64,000 nucleotides of DNA from Lama glama. Taxonomy: Eukaryota. Positions 1 to 13,724 of the stretch are shown here, piece after piece; the stretch's first letter is position 1, and every line of letters starts with the position of its first letter. Made by a program: the position numbers and the translations under genes. Below the pieces are notes generated by a model. The model saw only the letters and a program-made list of their open reading frames with translations. It made no database searches and was not told the origin of the DNA. Location of the stretch: NCBI GenBank assembly GCA_028534125.1, contig CM052816.1, forward strand, positions 682,001 to 746,000, read 5' to 3'.

Positions 1-173
1 TTCTCCCTCCAGGCCCCAAGCAGTAGGATTTCCACAGACCAAGGGTCCGTGCCCCCATCTGACTCTCACTTATTCCAAGCCCCAGGCTCAGACCAGCCCT
101 GCACGTCTGCACTCCTGGATCATGAGCTCCCTGGGAAATGATGGGTGGGAGTGCAGTGGCAGCAGCTGCCGTT

Positions 174-273
174 NNNNNNNNNNNNNNNNNNNNNNNNNNN
201 NNNNNNNNNNNNNNNNNNNNNNNNNNNNNNNNNNNNNNNNNNNNNNNNNNNNNNNNNNNNNNNNNNNNNNNNN
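174..273. other. Assembly gap (100 N)
   Basis: Run of 100 N. Confidence 1.
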
Positions 274-470
274 TGATTTATAATCATTTTACAATGTTGT
301 GTCAAATTCCAGTGTTCAGCACAATTTTTCAGTCATTCATGGACATATACACACTCATTGTCACATTTTTTTCTCTGTGATTTATCATAACATTTTGTGT
401 ATATTTCCCTGTGCTATACAGTGTAATCTTGTTTATCTATTCTACAATTTTGAAATCCCAGTCTATCCCT
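274..470 (-). mobile_element. L1 3' end fragment
   Basis: Reverse complement of the L1 3'UTR also seen at 59490-59680 ('ttccctgtgctatacagt', 'tttacaatgttgtgtcaaatt'). Confidence 0.8.
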
Positions 471-1741
471 TCGTTAAGTCTTATTCAGACCTAGTCATGC
501 CAGTGCTGTTCTAGCTACTTCGAACACAGGTGCTCTGGCTCCAGACTCCAGGTAAGAAAACCATCAGCTTTTATGCTTTCCTTATGCCCTTACATAGGCT
601 CTTACCAAGGGCAGAGTAGACATTGGTGGGTCTACCAGGAGCCCAAAGACCAAGGGGAGGCGCATAACTGGTCACCCTTCTCCAGGGTGGCCTCCACTGT
701 GGACACTGCCCATGCTCTGCTTGACTCTGTCATTTACAGGTCCTTCCCTGGCTCCTTGAACTTTGACCCAAGTAATTTTTCATCCATTTCACATATTCAG
801 GAAGAATGGGATTTTGATGAGTTGGACAGCTGCCAGGTATGTAAGTGGGTGCCATAAAGAGGGACTGAGCATGTTTGTGGAGCCTTTATTTCCTCCTTCA
901 CCTTCACATGACACAAGTCTGTCCTTGAGAGAAGTACAAACACCATCTGTCTCTTGTCAACAAGGGGCAGGGGCCTCAGATACTCAGACCCTGTTCTCCT
1001 GGGTGGCAGGCTGCCAGGGGTTGTGCAAGTGGTGGGTGGTTCCAGGCGGGAACTGGACTTGACACCATCATATCTCTTTGCTATGTGTCTACCAGCATGT
1101 TAGCAGGGGTAGGCAGCAAAGAAACTTCTTGCCTGGGATGATTGTCAACGATTAAGAAACTCCTTTCCCCCTGCCCTGGCTTTCTTCCTCCTTGCCTTTC
1201 TCTTTCGATTGAGAAAACTGGATGCAACATCCTGCCTCAAAAGACTCCCTTCTCAAGAAAACCCTCCCTCCAAGGCCCAGAGAATCAGGTCATTTGAACA
1301 TGCCCCATGCTAATGAATACACTCGTCCCTTGCTTTTCAGCTGTTCCGTTCCTGGTCTGCATCCTGTATCTTGAGGTTTTAGAGGGTAGAAACAGTATCT
1401 TCTACTTTTGGACAAGTCAGATGCTACGGCATGGGAACTTCATGGTCTTAGGCAGCAGTGTGGACAGCAAGTTGGAAACGACAGCGTGTTATCCTGCATA
1501 TCGGCCAGGAGAGGCTGGGTACTGCTGGCGCAACAAGCAAGCTCAAGGTGCCAGAAGCTACAACCTCGAAGATGTATTTCTTGCTCACAGTCAGCTGAAT
1601 TTCTCCTCCATGTCATCTGAACCTGGGACCCAGGCTGATGTAGAAGATCCTATCTGAAGAATTCCTGGTAGTCGTGGTGAAGGGAAATGAGAACATGGAT
1701 ATTAACACTACTGAACTGTACAATTAAAAATGGTTAATGTG

Positions 1742-2030
1742 CGAAAACAGACTCATGGACATAGAAAACAAACTACGGTTAAAAGGGGAAAGGGAGGGGA
1801 GGGATAAATTAAGGGTTGGGGATTAACAGACGCATATTACTATATATAAAACAGATAAACAACAAGGACCTACTGTTTAGTACAGGAAATTATATTCCAT
1901 TTCTCGTAATAACATATAATGGGAAAGAATCTGAAAATAAAATATGTATGTATGTATATGTATAACTGAATCACTTTGCCGTACACCTGAAACTAACATT
2001 GTAAATCAATTACACTTCAATAAAAAATGG
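1742..2030 (+). mobile_element. L1 3' end (L1MA-like)
   Basis: 'cagactcatggacatagaaaacaaac...ataactgaatcactttgccgtacacctgaaactaac...cttcaataaaaaa' is a typical L1 3' terminus. Confidence 0.8.
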
Positions 2031-5000
2031 TTAATATGGTAAATTTTATCTTATGTGTATTTTAACACAATAAAAAAAGAGAATGAGAGAGACAGAATGG
2101 AGAACCACACAGTAGTCACACACAGTGGCTTCTGCTGGAAAGTTTGCTCACATTTCATTGATCAGAGAAAGTCATATGGCCAAGCCTGCCCTCAGTGAGA
2201 CAGGGAAGAGTAATCAACTCCAGGGAAGCTCCGTGAGTCTCTGGAAATATTAATACAGTCTCCTAGACCCTGCTTGAATGCAAGAGCAAGCCCTTGTCTA
2301 TTCCTCTTAGAACTGGGGAAGCGGGGCAGCTGCCAGGTAGGGGGAGACCTGGCTCTCCTGATTTTTTTTTTTTAAACAGGGAAATTTTAATACAGAGTTA
2401 CTAACTAGTGAAAGGTGGTGAACTATTAAAAGAGGGAAATGGGACTGTAAGGGGTGCAGAAGTAGCAAATACAGAAAGCAACAGAAACACGCAGCCAGTC
2501 GGAGGCAGAGAAATTTGCCAGAGGGCAGGTGCTTGAGCGGGTCTATAGAAAAGCAATCCATTCTGGAGAAACTGGCCTGAGGGTGCATGTAAGCCAGAGG
2601 ACTGATGCTCATTTTATTTTTTTCATTTATTTACTTCAAAAAATTTCATTGGTATTTTATTTTCATTTCCATAATAGGGAAAAAAATCTGAAAAATAAAG
2701 GCTTATGATTACCAGGAGGAAGATACTAGTTAATAATAAGAAGGATTAAAGGCATCAAGTTTGTGACTGTCAATTTCATCCAATTCAGTTCCACTTAATT
2801 CTGAATCAATATCGATTTCTCGGAATGCTTACTGGCCATCCTTGTAGACAATCTTCCAGACTGAAATGTCTTTGGCTCCAGCGTCCGTGTCTGTGTGACA
2901 CGAAGTTAATAACATTTATCGCCATGAACCAGAGTGCACACAGCTCTCCATCCAGCTGCTTCTCTCTTAGTCTTTTGTCTGTTTCCATCCATGCCAGGTT
3001 TCCGGTTGCTTCGGTCCTACTCCCTGGAGACCCCTCTCTTCCTCCCTCTCCTTCCCATACAGTTACGGAAGGGGTCACTTGTCGAGGAGAGAGGGGGACG
3101 GAAGATGACTCTGATTGGGGCCCAGGGACCATTACTGCCACTTCTTCAGTAAGTGGCTCTCCTGATGTTGATGGCGGTCAGTGGTGGGGACAATGGGTGT
3201 TACAGGGAACTGGACCTGGCTAGTTCTCATTCAGCAACAGCCAAGTTTTGCATCTTCTCTGAACCTCAGATTCCTCATCTAAAAAAGAAGAGACTGGATC
3301 AGACAAATGCTGAGTCTGGTGCTAGCTGGAGCTAATTAAAACCATGCGAAGAGCCCAGATCTGTCAGGGAGATGACTCATGGGGTGTCCCCAGATAGCAG
3401 AGGACAGCGTGGAAGAGCAGGAACTCTTCTCTGTGCCCTCACCAGCACATGACGCTAGAATCTCCACCTGTCTTCATATATTGGCTTACTTCCCCCGCCA
3501 GTGTGGCGTTCCCTCTTCTTTCTTCTCTACTTCCTCAAAACCTGCTAGTCCTCCGCAGAGAAATCCCACTCTCCCAGGGCAGGGAGACTGTCTCACGGGT
3601 TTCTGGTTCACGTGCATGTCTTATCTTCCCAACTGTCTATAACCTTCTTGTAGGTGACGTCTATGTCCTCTACTTCTTTTTTTTTTTTCCTACTTCTTTT
3701 TTTTGAGCTCCTCCTACCCTTCCTCTTCCCCACCTCCTACCATACCTTTCCCAGAGCTGGATTCAACTGTAGCATTTGAAGCAACTATGGTTTGTGTACA
3801 TTAACTCATTTGGTTCTAATGACATTGCCATAAGAAAGATTATTTCTCCCATGATAGTATCCTTCTCGTCACTCTTCATCAATCCAGTGAAACGTAACAC
3901 ATTTAGCGCCATGCTTGGCATGTAGTAAATGACCAATGAGTAGCAGTTGCTGCTATTCTTGTTACTGATTAAGAAATTGAAGTTTGAAAAGGCCGAATAA
4001 TGAGCACATGTTGCAGAGTTAATAAGTAGGGGCTGAGTTTGAATTCAGGTCTTTCTGATTCCAATGCCCAGCACTGTGGTCCTTAAAGCCACACACTACA
4101 TATTTCTGTTTCCAACCCTCCCGGGTATAGCTGGATTGCCTGTCCCCACTCTGTCTGCAGAAGTATGACCACGGCACTTGCTTTGGTAAGAGGTGACATT
4201 TGTCACACGTGCCCCCGCGCAGCACGGACACTGCAGTTCTGAGAGTCAAAGGAGAAGGCTTTAGTAATGGGCTCTCATTTCAGGGCTCAAGGAATGTGAG
4301 CAATGCAATGTCTGTGTGTTTGTTGTTTCAGGAAGCTCCCCCCCCCCCACCTCGACAATGGCATTCTCTCCTGTCATTGTTGTTACAGGGCCCGTGCTAA
4401 ACCATTCAGGGCTGTGGGTCACCACAGTTTACAAAACGCTTTGTTGGGCATGTGATGTCTCTTTGTTCTGCCCATGCTTCCTGCAAACAGGGTGCTGCTC
4501 CCCGCACAGGGCAACGGTGTACCGCTGTATGCTGGCCTGCAGTAGCCTCTCCTGGAGGCAGGAGAGGGGAGCCCTTCCGTCCTGGAAACCTCCACAGTGA
4601 CAGTGTGCAAGTCCCTGGGGCTGGGGAGGAACTCCGCAGCTCTGATTCAGAGTGGTGTGAGTGCAGATCTCAAATGGCTCCCAAGAGCAGTTTTGGTGGG
4701 AAGAAAGAAATTCGTGAGCTTCCATTGGATGGGTACCCACGTGGGTGCAGCTGGCAGGAAGGACCATATTTGGGTGCTGGCTATGAGAAGCATAAGCTGG
4801 AGGGCTCGGAAACAAATTGTTTGCTCCCACAATGACACGCATTCTGGTCGCGCCTTCTCTCACGGATGGGTGTGTGAACTTGTCTCCTCCGGTGCTCTCT
4901 GAGGACCCTGCTGTCCTCACCTTAATCTTCCAGGCAGGTTACATGAGTGGAAATAATTTGAGGGGAGTAACTGGCCAGCATGGGGATTATTGCTGTTCAA

Positions 5001-7164
5001 ACAAGTCTTAGCTCATGTCGGAAATGTGGGGTCAAGCGGGAGGCAGAGGGAGTGAGATGGAGGGTGGAGAGGCCACCACAGAGAAGGACAGGTACGTGCT
5101 GGCCCCTTTGGGTCTAGAAAGGAGCTCCTTGACCTTCTTCCCTCTTAAAGAGGGACACATCAGCAGAAATTAAAACTGTGGGCTGGTGACCTGGCTTGGG
5201 GCGGTTATATGTCCCAGCTAAAAGGCCAGAAAGATTCATAGGAAGTGGAGCAATTTACCGTGACTCTGCTTTCTGGTGCGGCTGGCTGGCTGGATTATGT
5301 ATCATTGCCTATAATGGTTGGGGGGATAGGGGAATGAGCAGGTTTGAGAAGCAGAGAATGGGAAGCAATGAGCTTAGCTGGACTGGTATTGCGTTTCAGT
5401 TCCCCGTCAATATCTCGGTTCAGCTGGAGCTACGGAAATGGTACTCAGGAGAGAGACAGCTCTGGGATGGAGGCACAGACCTGAGGAGGGGGTGACCTTG
5501 AGTCCCCTTCCAGTGGGGGAGGCTCTTCAGTTATTATCTGTTAAAGTCTGCTTTGGACACATCCCATAGCTCACTGGAAGCCTGTAGAAAACACTGTGAG
5601 AGTGTCTGCCCTAGGAGAAGGCTCAGTTTTCTGGGCTGAATGTGTGTGTCTGTATGATGCTGGGTTATTTTTTCCAGGTGATAGATGTCAAACTCAGCTG
5701 AGAGCACCCCTTTCCCAAAGGGCAGCTGAGAGGGAGGACTGGCACTCTGCCCACCCCTCACCGCCACTGAGGAAGCCGGGTTTCCAGCGCTCTGTAACCT
5801 GACTGCAGGGTCGTTGCCAGGAATTCTTTGGAGATGGCTTCTGTATGCGGGGGCCCCTGATTTTCACAGTAACTCCATCACAAGTGTACTGGGAAACACT
5901 ATTAATAATTAGCCTGCTCCTCAGCCTACCCTTGGCCTTCCTGTAAGTAGATGCCACCCATATGGAAATGGTAAGGGGAGGGGGGTAGCTAGAGTGCCTC
6001 CTGAGATCTCTGGAGTGGCCTGGGAACTACGCCAAGAGTGGGTAACACATGTGTTGGGACCACTGTCGAATGTTCTGGAGACCCAAGCTGGGTCTGCCGG
6101 AGTGTGCATGCGGGGACAGGTGCTGGGGGTAAGCTGTGGTCTAGGGGGTGTTTGGAATCAGAAGCCTTGTTGTCGAGTCCTGCCTCTGCCCCTTCGCAGC
6201 TGCAGTGGGCTCCAGAGGCCCTGAACTGGTACATGTAGGGAAGACGGGACGTGACATGTTGGATTTGCTGCAAGGAGATGTCGCCACAGCTGGAGATACT
6301 GCCTGAAACAGAGAGACAGAGGAGGAAATAATCGGGCTTCTCCCTTCATCCCGCCTCCAACATCCCTCCGTAGTTTCCCGTTGGCCGAACTTGATTGGAA
6401 GTCAATGAGCAAAAAGAAAAAAGAAAAAAAAAAGAATCCCAGAAAATGTGGTTTGCAGACGAATCCCCTTTTTGGAGCAGCAGAAGAGCATGGAATTGAT
6501 CTATGAGAAACCACACTCTACGTGAGAGGCTTAAAGATACGGTGGTCTGCAATGATGACTCTCCAAAAAGGTCTGCTGGTATTAGAGCTGGTAACCAGAG
6601 AACAGTGTCCCAGCTCAGGGGATGGAGATGCTCCTGCCTGGGGATAGACCATTGCCCCTGGGGGCCAGTGGTTTGGAAAGTTGAAGCCAGGGGATTGGGT
6701 CAACATACAAAACACCAGAAGGCCATGGAGAGATCCACCCTGAATCCCGCCACTGATCTCAGACTGCCAGACTCCTCTTTTCCCAAACCTGGAGAAGTCT
6801 GAGGGTTTTAGGAGAACCAAAAGGAACTGTACTTCCACGTACAATGTGATAGTTTATTTTTTAAGTCTCTGAGTTTTTGTTAAACTTAAGATTAAGGACT
6901 ACACATCCTTACATTTGGAACTCCCTAAATGAGTGCTGAATGAAGAGTAAAATTTTGTAATTTATGCACTCCTCCCCGCAGGCAGCTGGAATTGGAAGGG
7001 TTGTTGAGATATTGGGATAATTACCTCATTCTTAGATGAGGAGTGTGAAGTCCAGCGGTGGGTCCAAGGCCACACAGAGAGTAAGAGCCCAAGCCTGGGG
7101 GGAAGTTCCCTTCTAACATTTCCCCCAGTGCCCATAAATTACCAGAGGGTGGTCCAGGGTCAGA

Positions 7165-7263
7165 CCCCGGGTGGTGCCCAGGAGGGTGTGACGTGGCGGA
7201 GGACAGCCAGGCTCAGCCCCGGGTGGTGTCCAGGAGGGTGTGACATGGCGGAGGACAGCCAGG
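7165..7263. repeat. 52-bp tandem duplication (2 copies)
   Basis: 'ccccgggtggtg(c/t)ccaggagggtgtgac(g/a)tggcggaggacagccagg' starts at 7165 and again at 7217. Confidence 0.9.
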
Positions 7264-9260
7264 GCTTCCTGGGCTGACTGCAGCCAGGTCAGAAGTCAGC
7301 TTGAATTTCCGGGGCCACTGCTGCTGCCCTCCACCCCCGGCTCCACAACACAGCACTGCCCAGATCATCCGACCACATCCCCCTCCTCGCCCTGCTACCT
7401 TGCTCTTTGAACTCAGATGGTGCCCCACTTGCTCCGCCTAGAGAGAGAAACAAAATCCAGTGTTCCCCACTCCTGGCTACCCGACCCCAGGGAAGGGCGG
7501 ATCCTGGTTCTGGGGCTCTCTCCTCCAGCCACTCACAATGTGGGGCTCAGTGAAGAGAAGCCTTCGACCCCTCCTTTCCCCTCAGAACTCTGGAAACTCC
7601 CTTCCTCCCGGCCTCTCTCTCTTCCCAATAAGGAAAAAGTAAAGTTGTGCATCACGACTCACACCTCACACCTCCCAGAATTCATCAGCAGAGAGGATTT
7701 CATATTGCCTGACGCCTGACGCACGCTATTTAACGCCCATGTCACTAATCTTATGACAACAAATGATTAGCCTTTTTTTTAAAAAACATAACAGTCAACA
7801 ATCATCTAAATATTTGCACATGTGTTTAACAAATTACATTTTCCCAAATGCACAAACATCAACTGTAAAATGAACAAAACATTTCTGTATATTGAATGAG
7901 AGTCACAGCCTGATGTGTCAGTTTCTTGTGAGATACTTCAATGTAAATTTCAGTGTACTGAGAAGATACGCTCAGATTTATAGAATTACAGAGTCCACCA
8001 GGATGGGGACAGCTGCACCGCTCCTAACTGCTCTAATGCCAGGGATGGACTGACAATCATTTACCTTCTTATGCCTTCCTTTTAGTCCTACTGTTTCTTA
8101 GGGTTTGCCCTCCTTAGGTCTTAAGAATATCACTGTTCTCATTCCTCCCCATTGTGCTGTAATCTTACCAGAACTTTTAAAGCAGAAATGGTATCCTACC
8201 CGCCATCGTTCCAGGTCCGGGTACCTAAGCAGATAGCTCTCGTTGGATCCTGACATAGGTGTGTGGTCTCAGGTGGTTTGAAACTACCCCACTGTTTCCT
8301 TTCCTTAGGCGATCTCCGTTAGACACGTCAGTAAGACTTCGAAGTCCACGCTGTCCTCATAGGTTTGTTTTGTTTTTGTTTTGTTTTGTTATACAACATA
8401 GTCTTTCCCCAGTTGTGTTCTTCTGGTGTTGACATGGCTCGCACTGTGTGTCCAAGAATCTGATCAATACCATAAGGAGACTTGACCTGCTATTAGAGGT
8501 AAACAAGCTGGACCCTTCCTCAGTCTTTTATTATAGTCAGCAGGGTCCCCGAAAGATCCAGTCACCAAGAGGTGGAGGTGTCAAAGATAAAGAAAGCTAG
8601 GCACTAGTTAGAGTGGTAAGGACAAACTTTAATCAGTAATATACAATTTCAGTAGGGAAAAGAGTCCAGCGTGGATTGGTCTTCAATTTGCTGAGAGGTG
8701 ACATGGTGTTTTTAAGAGAGAATGAGGGGGTAGGGACGGAGAATTGAGGGGTGAGGGGCTTCAGCAGAGACAAGGAAGTGAAAAATTACAAAAGTAGTGA
8801 AAAGGGTGTTGGTCTATGTGATACCCATCTTGGTTTGCTAACTGCTGCTTATGGAAGTTAGGTTGCTGCCCTCCCACCTGGGTTGGGACACAGGGATTCT
8901 ACCTCCAGGTGCTGGCTAGAACTGTCAATTCTTTTGGAAGCTCTGAGTTTAAGTTTAGGTCTTCCTAGGGATGTGGTGTTGAGCTGTTAGAAGCTATGTT
9001 GGTGCTTCGTGCGAGTCTTGAGAGGCCATGGTTGAGGTCCAGTAGAGAAGAGAAGCCTGGAGAGAATCTTTGTGAGGACCTTGAGTCTGGGTGGTGAGCT
9101 CTCCTCTCAGGACTTGGCTCCTTTCTGCCTGTGGGACACACTCTTGAACCCTTCTCCTCCTGGTTCATCCTGTTTTATCTGCTTCTATTTGATACATTTA
9201 GAGTTAGATTATAATCTTTTCCTCTTCTGCTTACAAACACAAAAAAAAAAAAGACATGTG

Positions 9261-9790
9261 CAGCTTTCCCTTGACTTGCAATGGGGTTACGTCCTAGTAA
9301 ACCCACTGTAAGTTGAAAATATCATCAGTAAAAAATGCATTTAATACGTTTGACCTACCAAACATCGTAGCTTAAGCATAACCTACCTTAAAGACGCTGA
9401 GAACATTTACTTTAGCCTACAGTTGGGCAAAATCATCTAATACAAGACCTATTTTATAATAAAATGCTGAATAGCTCATGTAATTGATCAAATATAGTAC
9501 TGGAAGTGAAAACCAGGATGGCTGTCTGGGTACAGCACGGTCATAAGCATATCGGTTGTTTACCTTTGTGACTGCGTGGCTGGCCGGGAGCTTGGTGCTG
9601 CTGACACCGCCCAGCATCACGAGAGAGTATTGTGCTGCAAATTGTTAGCCCGGGAGAAGTTCAAAATTCAAAATTCCAAGTATGGTTTCTACTGAAGGTG
9701 TATTTCTTTGTAAAACAATTACATTGTTAATTACATCGCTTTACCATTGTAAAGTCGAAAAATCACAAGTCCAACCGTTGTAAGTCTGTA
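9261..9790 (+). mobile_element. MER47-type Tigger DNA transposon
   Basis: Resembles recalled MER47 consensus: 'gacttgcaatggggttacgtcc..aaacccactgtaagttgaaaatatc', 'ttagcctacagttgggcaaaatcatctaa', 'taaagtcgaaaaatc'. Confidence 0.75.
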
Positions 9791-9837
9791 CTTAGCAGAA
9801 GAAACAAAAATCTGTTTCCTTCCTAGGAACACTGCCT

Positions 9838-10145
9838 ATATTGGCATTCTATGGCTGTTGTAACAAATTACCGTACACTTGTGCTCCAAACAACATAAAT
9901 TTATTCCCTCCTTGTTCTGGAGGCCAGTGGCCTGAAATCAGTTTCACTGGGTTGACATCAAAGTGTTGGGAGAGCCATACCCCCACCAGAGGCTCTGGGG
10001 GAGACTCCCTCTCTTGCCTCTTCCAGCTTCTTGTAGCTGCTGGCATCCCTTGGCTTGTGGCTGCCTCCCTCCAATCTCTGCGTCTGCCTCCACTGTTGCA
10101 CTGCTGTGTCCTCTTCTCTGTGTCAAATCTTCTACCTGTATCTTA
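9838..10145 (+). mobile_element. MLT1 (ERVL-MaLR) LTR fragment
   Basis: 'ggctgttgtaacaaattacc...ttctggaggccag...cttccagcttcttgtagctgctggcatcccttggcttgtggctgc' are MLT1 hallmarks. Confidence 0.75.
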
Positions 10146-10872
10146 TTTTAAAAACACTTTTATTATAGTATAATCTCTGCACAGTAAACTACACATATTT
10201 CAGATATACAATTTGATGAATTTTGATAGATGTATACACCTATGAAACCACTACCACAATCAAGACAGCTGACATTTCCATTATTCTCCAAGAGATGCAA
10301 ACCTCAAACTCCCGATTTATCCCTTCCCACCCCCTTTACCCCCTGGTAACCATAAGTTTGTTCTCTATGTCTGTGGGTCTGTTTTATTCTTAAACTCTGT
10401 TTGAGTATTCTTTATATTTTCTAACTCTCTGCTAAAACCTTTGCTCTGTGCATCTTTTCTCTTCCCGAGTTCTCTGAACATCTTCACAATCATTACTTTA
10501 AACTCTTTCTCAGGTAGGTTGCCTGTTTCCTCATCACTTATTTTTTTCTTCTGGGATTTTATCTTGTAGTTTTGCCTAGAATATATTCCTCTGCCACTTT
10601 ATATTGTCTAGGTTTCTATGTTTATTTTTATGTAGGTTAGTTACATTTTTCCACTTGGGAGAGTGGCCCTCTGTAGGAGAGGTCCTATGCATCCCAGCAG
10701 CACACTCCTCTCTTGTCACCCAAGGGCCGGAGTCCAGCTGGTCCCAAGGCAGAGACTGGCCTGTGTTTGCGGATTCCTTCCACAGGCTTTGAGATTGTTG
10801 TTTTCTTACTGGTGTCTGCCCCCTGGTGAGTGAGGCCGGACTCGAGGCTTGTGCAGGTTTCCTGGCAGGAGA
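10146..10872 (-). mobile_element. Internally deleted L1 (5'UTR and ORF1 N-terminus fused to a chimeric 3' end)
   Basis: The minus strand reads ORF1-like 'GNLPEKEFKVMIVKMFRELG...ELENIKNTQTEFKN', then joins directly to 3'UTR 'cagacccacagacatagagaacaaacttatggttacc'. Confidence 0.65.
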
Positions 10873-10876
10873 AGAA

Positions 10877-11262
10877 AATAACACCATCTGTAGCAACATG
10901 GATGGACCTGGAGGTCATCATTCTATTAAAGTAAACAAGAAAGAGAAAGAAAAAATACCATATAATGTCACTTATATGTGGATTCTAAAAAAAAAAAGAC
11001 ATAAATGGACTTATTTACAAAACAGAAATGGATTCACAGACACAGAGAACAAACTTATGGTTACCAGGTGTAAAGATGGTGGGAAGGGATAAATTGGGAG
11101 TTTGAAATTTGCACTTTTTTGGGGAATGATGAAAATGTTAAGTATATTGATTTTGCTGGTGGTTCCATAGGTATACACATCTATGAAAATTCATCAAATT
11201 GTATATCTGAAATATGTGTATAGAAATTACACCACAGTAAAGTTGTTTTAAAAAATAAAATA
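10877..11262 (+). mobile_element. L1 3' end with chimeric terminus
   Basis: 'gcaacatggatggacctggag...gggataaattgggagtttgaaatttgca' followed by an old-L1-type tail and A-rich end. Confidence 0.8.
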
Positions 11263-11284
11263 AGAAGCTGAAAATATTTCAGTT

Positions 11285-11903
11285 GTGTTCAAAATGAACT
11301 CAGGTCTGCTCACCCACCGTGAAACAAAGCCAATGTGACACTGGATTGTGATAAAGGAAAGTACAGCATTTATTTCAGGGTGCTGAGCAAGGAGAACGGG
11401 CCATTCATAAAGACCTGAATGGCTTTTAGGGAAGGGTTTTTAAAGACAGTGTGAGGGAGAGGGCCACAGAGAGCTTGGTCAACTTGGAGACAGTTCTCTG
11501 ATTTGTTGGTGGTGAGGTAACAGTGTGATGTTTGCATATCATAATTATCAACTTCTTGGTTCCAACTGGTCTGGGGTCTATGTGCTAGTGGTCAGCATTG
11601 TGGTTAACTTTTTCCACTTGTTGGGGACTTTAGAATCTGCAAAACAACTCTAGGATATGGCTTAGGATATTATCTATAGCCCTTGAGGAGGAACTAAAGG
11701 TCCTTGACTCTGTTTTATGGCTAAACTATTATTATTTTGTCTTACTTGGCTGCTTTCCTTCGTTTTTGCCTTTTTTAATTTTTCTGATTAAATTGCTCTT
11801 AGGAACTCAGGGAAGGCCTAGGAGGCTTAAGGTTTCTTTCTTTTTCTTTTTCTTTTTTACAAACAAGAAGTGAAGGACCTACAGGGTCTTGCTCAGGTTT
11901 CAG
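11285..11903 (-). mobile_element. ERV1-type solo LTR
   Basis: TG...CA termini ('tgttcaaaatgaactcagg'...'gctcaggtttca'), minus-strand AATAAA ('catttattt') and LTR-like composition. Confidence 0.5.
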
Positions 11904-12609
11904 TGTGTATGTATACATTGATTTGCAATGTGAAATCTATTTCTTAAAATTCGTCCTGGTCAAAAAATTTCAAAGGTCTTTTCTGGCACAGAAGGAATTC
12001 TGTCTGATGTGAATTTATAAATATCTGGTTCAGCCCATTGCAGACAGAGCTTACGATTTAACTCCCAGGTAGTGACGATAAACAATAATATAATGGAACA
12101 CAATGTCTTATGCTACTGCACTAGCAGCTACCATTTATGGAGGCACACTGAATGCTAAGCACTTTGATCACATCCCCCCAAAGTGGAAATGGGAATGGGA
12201 GGATGAGGTGGGTGTGGAACAAAGGGGCTAACATCATCTGAACCCCAGGACCTGCCTCTTATGGGGCTGTCCGCAGCAAGCTAGAGATTTCTCTCCAGAG
12301 ATGATTTGATGTCTTAAAACTCTTTCAGTATTTCTTGGAAATTGACTTGACAGAAAAAATTGGCCAGAAAGTAGATCTTAGTGGATAACCCCTAAAATGT
12401 CAGCATACTCAGATATGTCTTTATCTCCTTACTCCCTGCCTCCTCTTCCCATTCTTGGGAACTCCTACCAGCCTTGGGGTAGAAGGTCTGGCATTTTTCA
12501 TTATTATCTGGGATGTTGGCTCCTCCTCTCCAGATTCATTGTGTCTTCTGCATCTTTTTTTTTTCTCATTTTCTTTGTAATTTTTAAATGGGATCCCCCC
12601 TTCCATTAT

Positions 12610-13262
12610 TTTTATTGAGGTATAGTCAGCTTACAATGTTGTGTCAATTTTTGGTGTACAGCACAATGCTTTAGTCATACATGAACATACATATATTCAT
12701 TTCCATATTCTTTTTTACCATAAGCTGTTACAAGATACTGAATATAGTTCCCTGTGCTATACAGTATAAATTTGTTTATATATTTTATATATATTGGTCA
12801 ATACCTACAAATCTCAAACTCCCAGTTTATCCCTTCTCACCCTCTTCCCTCCGGTAACCATAAGTTTGTTTTCTATGTCTGTGAGTCTGTTTCTGTTTTG
12901 TAAATCAGTTCATTTGTCTTTTTTTTTTTTTTAAGGTTGCACATATAAGTGATGTCATATGGTATTTTTCTTTCTCTTTCTGGCTTAACTTCACTTAGAA
13001 TGACATTCTCCAAGGACATCCATGTTGCTGCAAATGGCATTATTTTATCATTTTTATGGCTGAGTAGTATTCCATTGTATAAATATATGACAACTTCTTT
13101 ATCCAGTCGTCTGTTGATGGCCATTTAGGTTGTTTGTATGTCTTGGCTTTTGTAAATAGTGCTGCTATGAACATTGGGGTGCAGGTGTATTTTTGAACTA
13201 AGGTTCCTTTTGGATATATGCCCAGGAGTGGGATTGCTGGGTCATATGGTAAGTCTACTTTT
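12610..13262 (-). mobile_element. 5'-truncated L1 (end of ORF2 and 3'UTR)
   Basis: ORF 13040-13447 contains '[15 protein letters not shown]...TCTPMFIAALFT..KTYKQPKWPSTDDWIKK...TMEYYSAIK', the L1 ORF2 C-terminus. Confidence 0.92.
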
Positions 13263-13524
13263 ATGTCATTTACATTCAGGCAAGCTAGTTCACCTCTGTG
13301 AGCCCCAGGTTTGCTTATCTTTACAGTGGAAATAATAATAATGCTTACCCTAGAGAACTTCTCTGAGTACTCACTGAGTGTATAGAATCTACATACAGGC
13401 TCCCAGCTAACAAATGTAAACCTCCATGGAGAAAAATAAGCACTCAAATATATGAATTTTTATCAAAACACAGGATCTCTGGTGCCTGATCCAGTACTCT
13501 GAACATAAAGACGTTCTTGAAGGA

Positions 13525-13644
13525 GGGAAGGAGGATAGAGGTCAGTGGTAGAGTGCGTGCTTAGCATACACGTGGTCTGGGGTTCAATGTCCAGTATAAA
13601 TACATAAATAAATAAATAAATACCTAATTACCTGCCCTCCCCCG
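13525..13644 (+). mobile_element. tRNA-derived camelid-type SINE
   Basis: tRNA-like head 'tcagtggtagagtgcgtgcttagcat...ggggttcaat', (AAAT)n and 'acctaattacc' tail. Confidence 0.75.
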
Positions 13645-13724
13645 AGATGTTATTACTCAATGAGTACACTGTAGACTTATTAATGTAAGCGTCCTATTTC
13701 TACCATTTTGCTTTCCCACTAACA

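Noticed and set aside
7165..7263. Direct repeats here and at 26778 as a CRISPR-like array
   Set aside because: Head-to-tail repeats without unique spacers in mammalian DNA.
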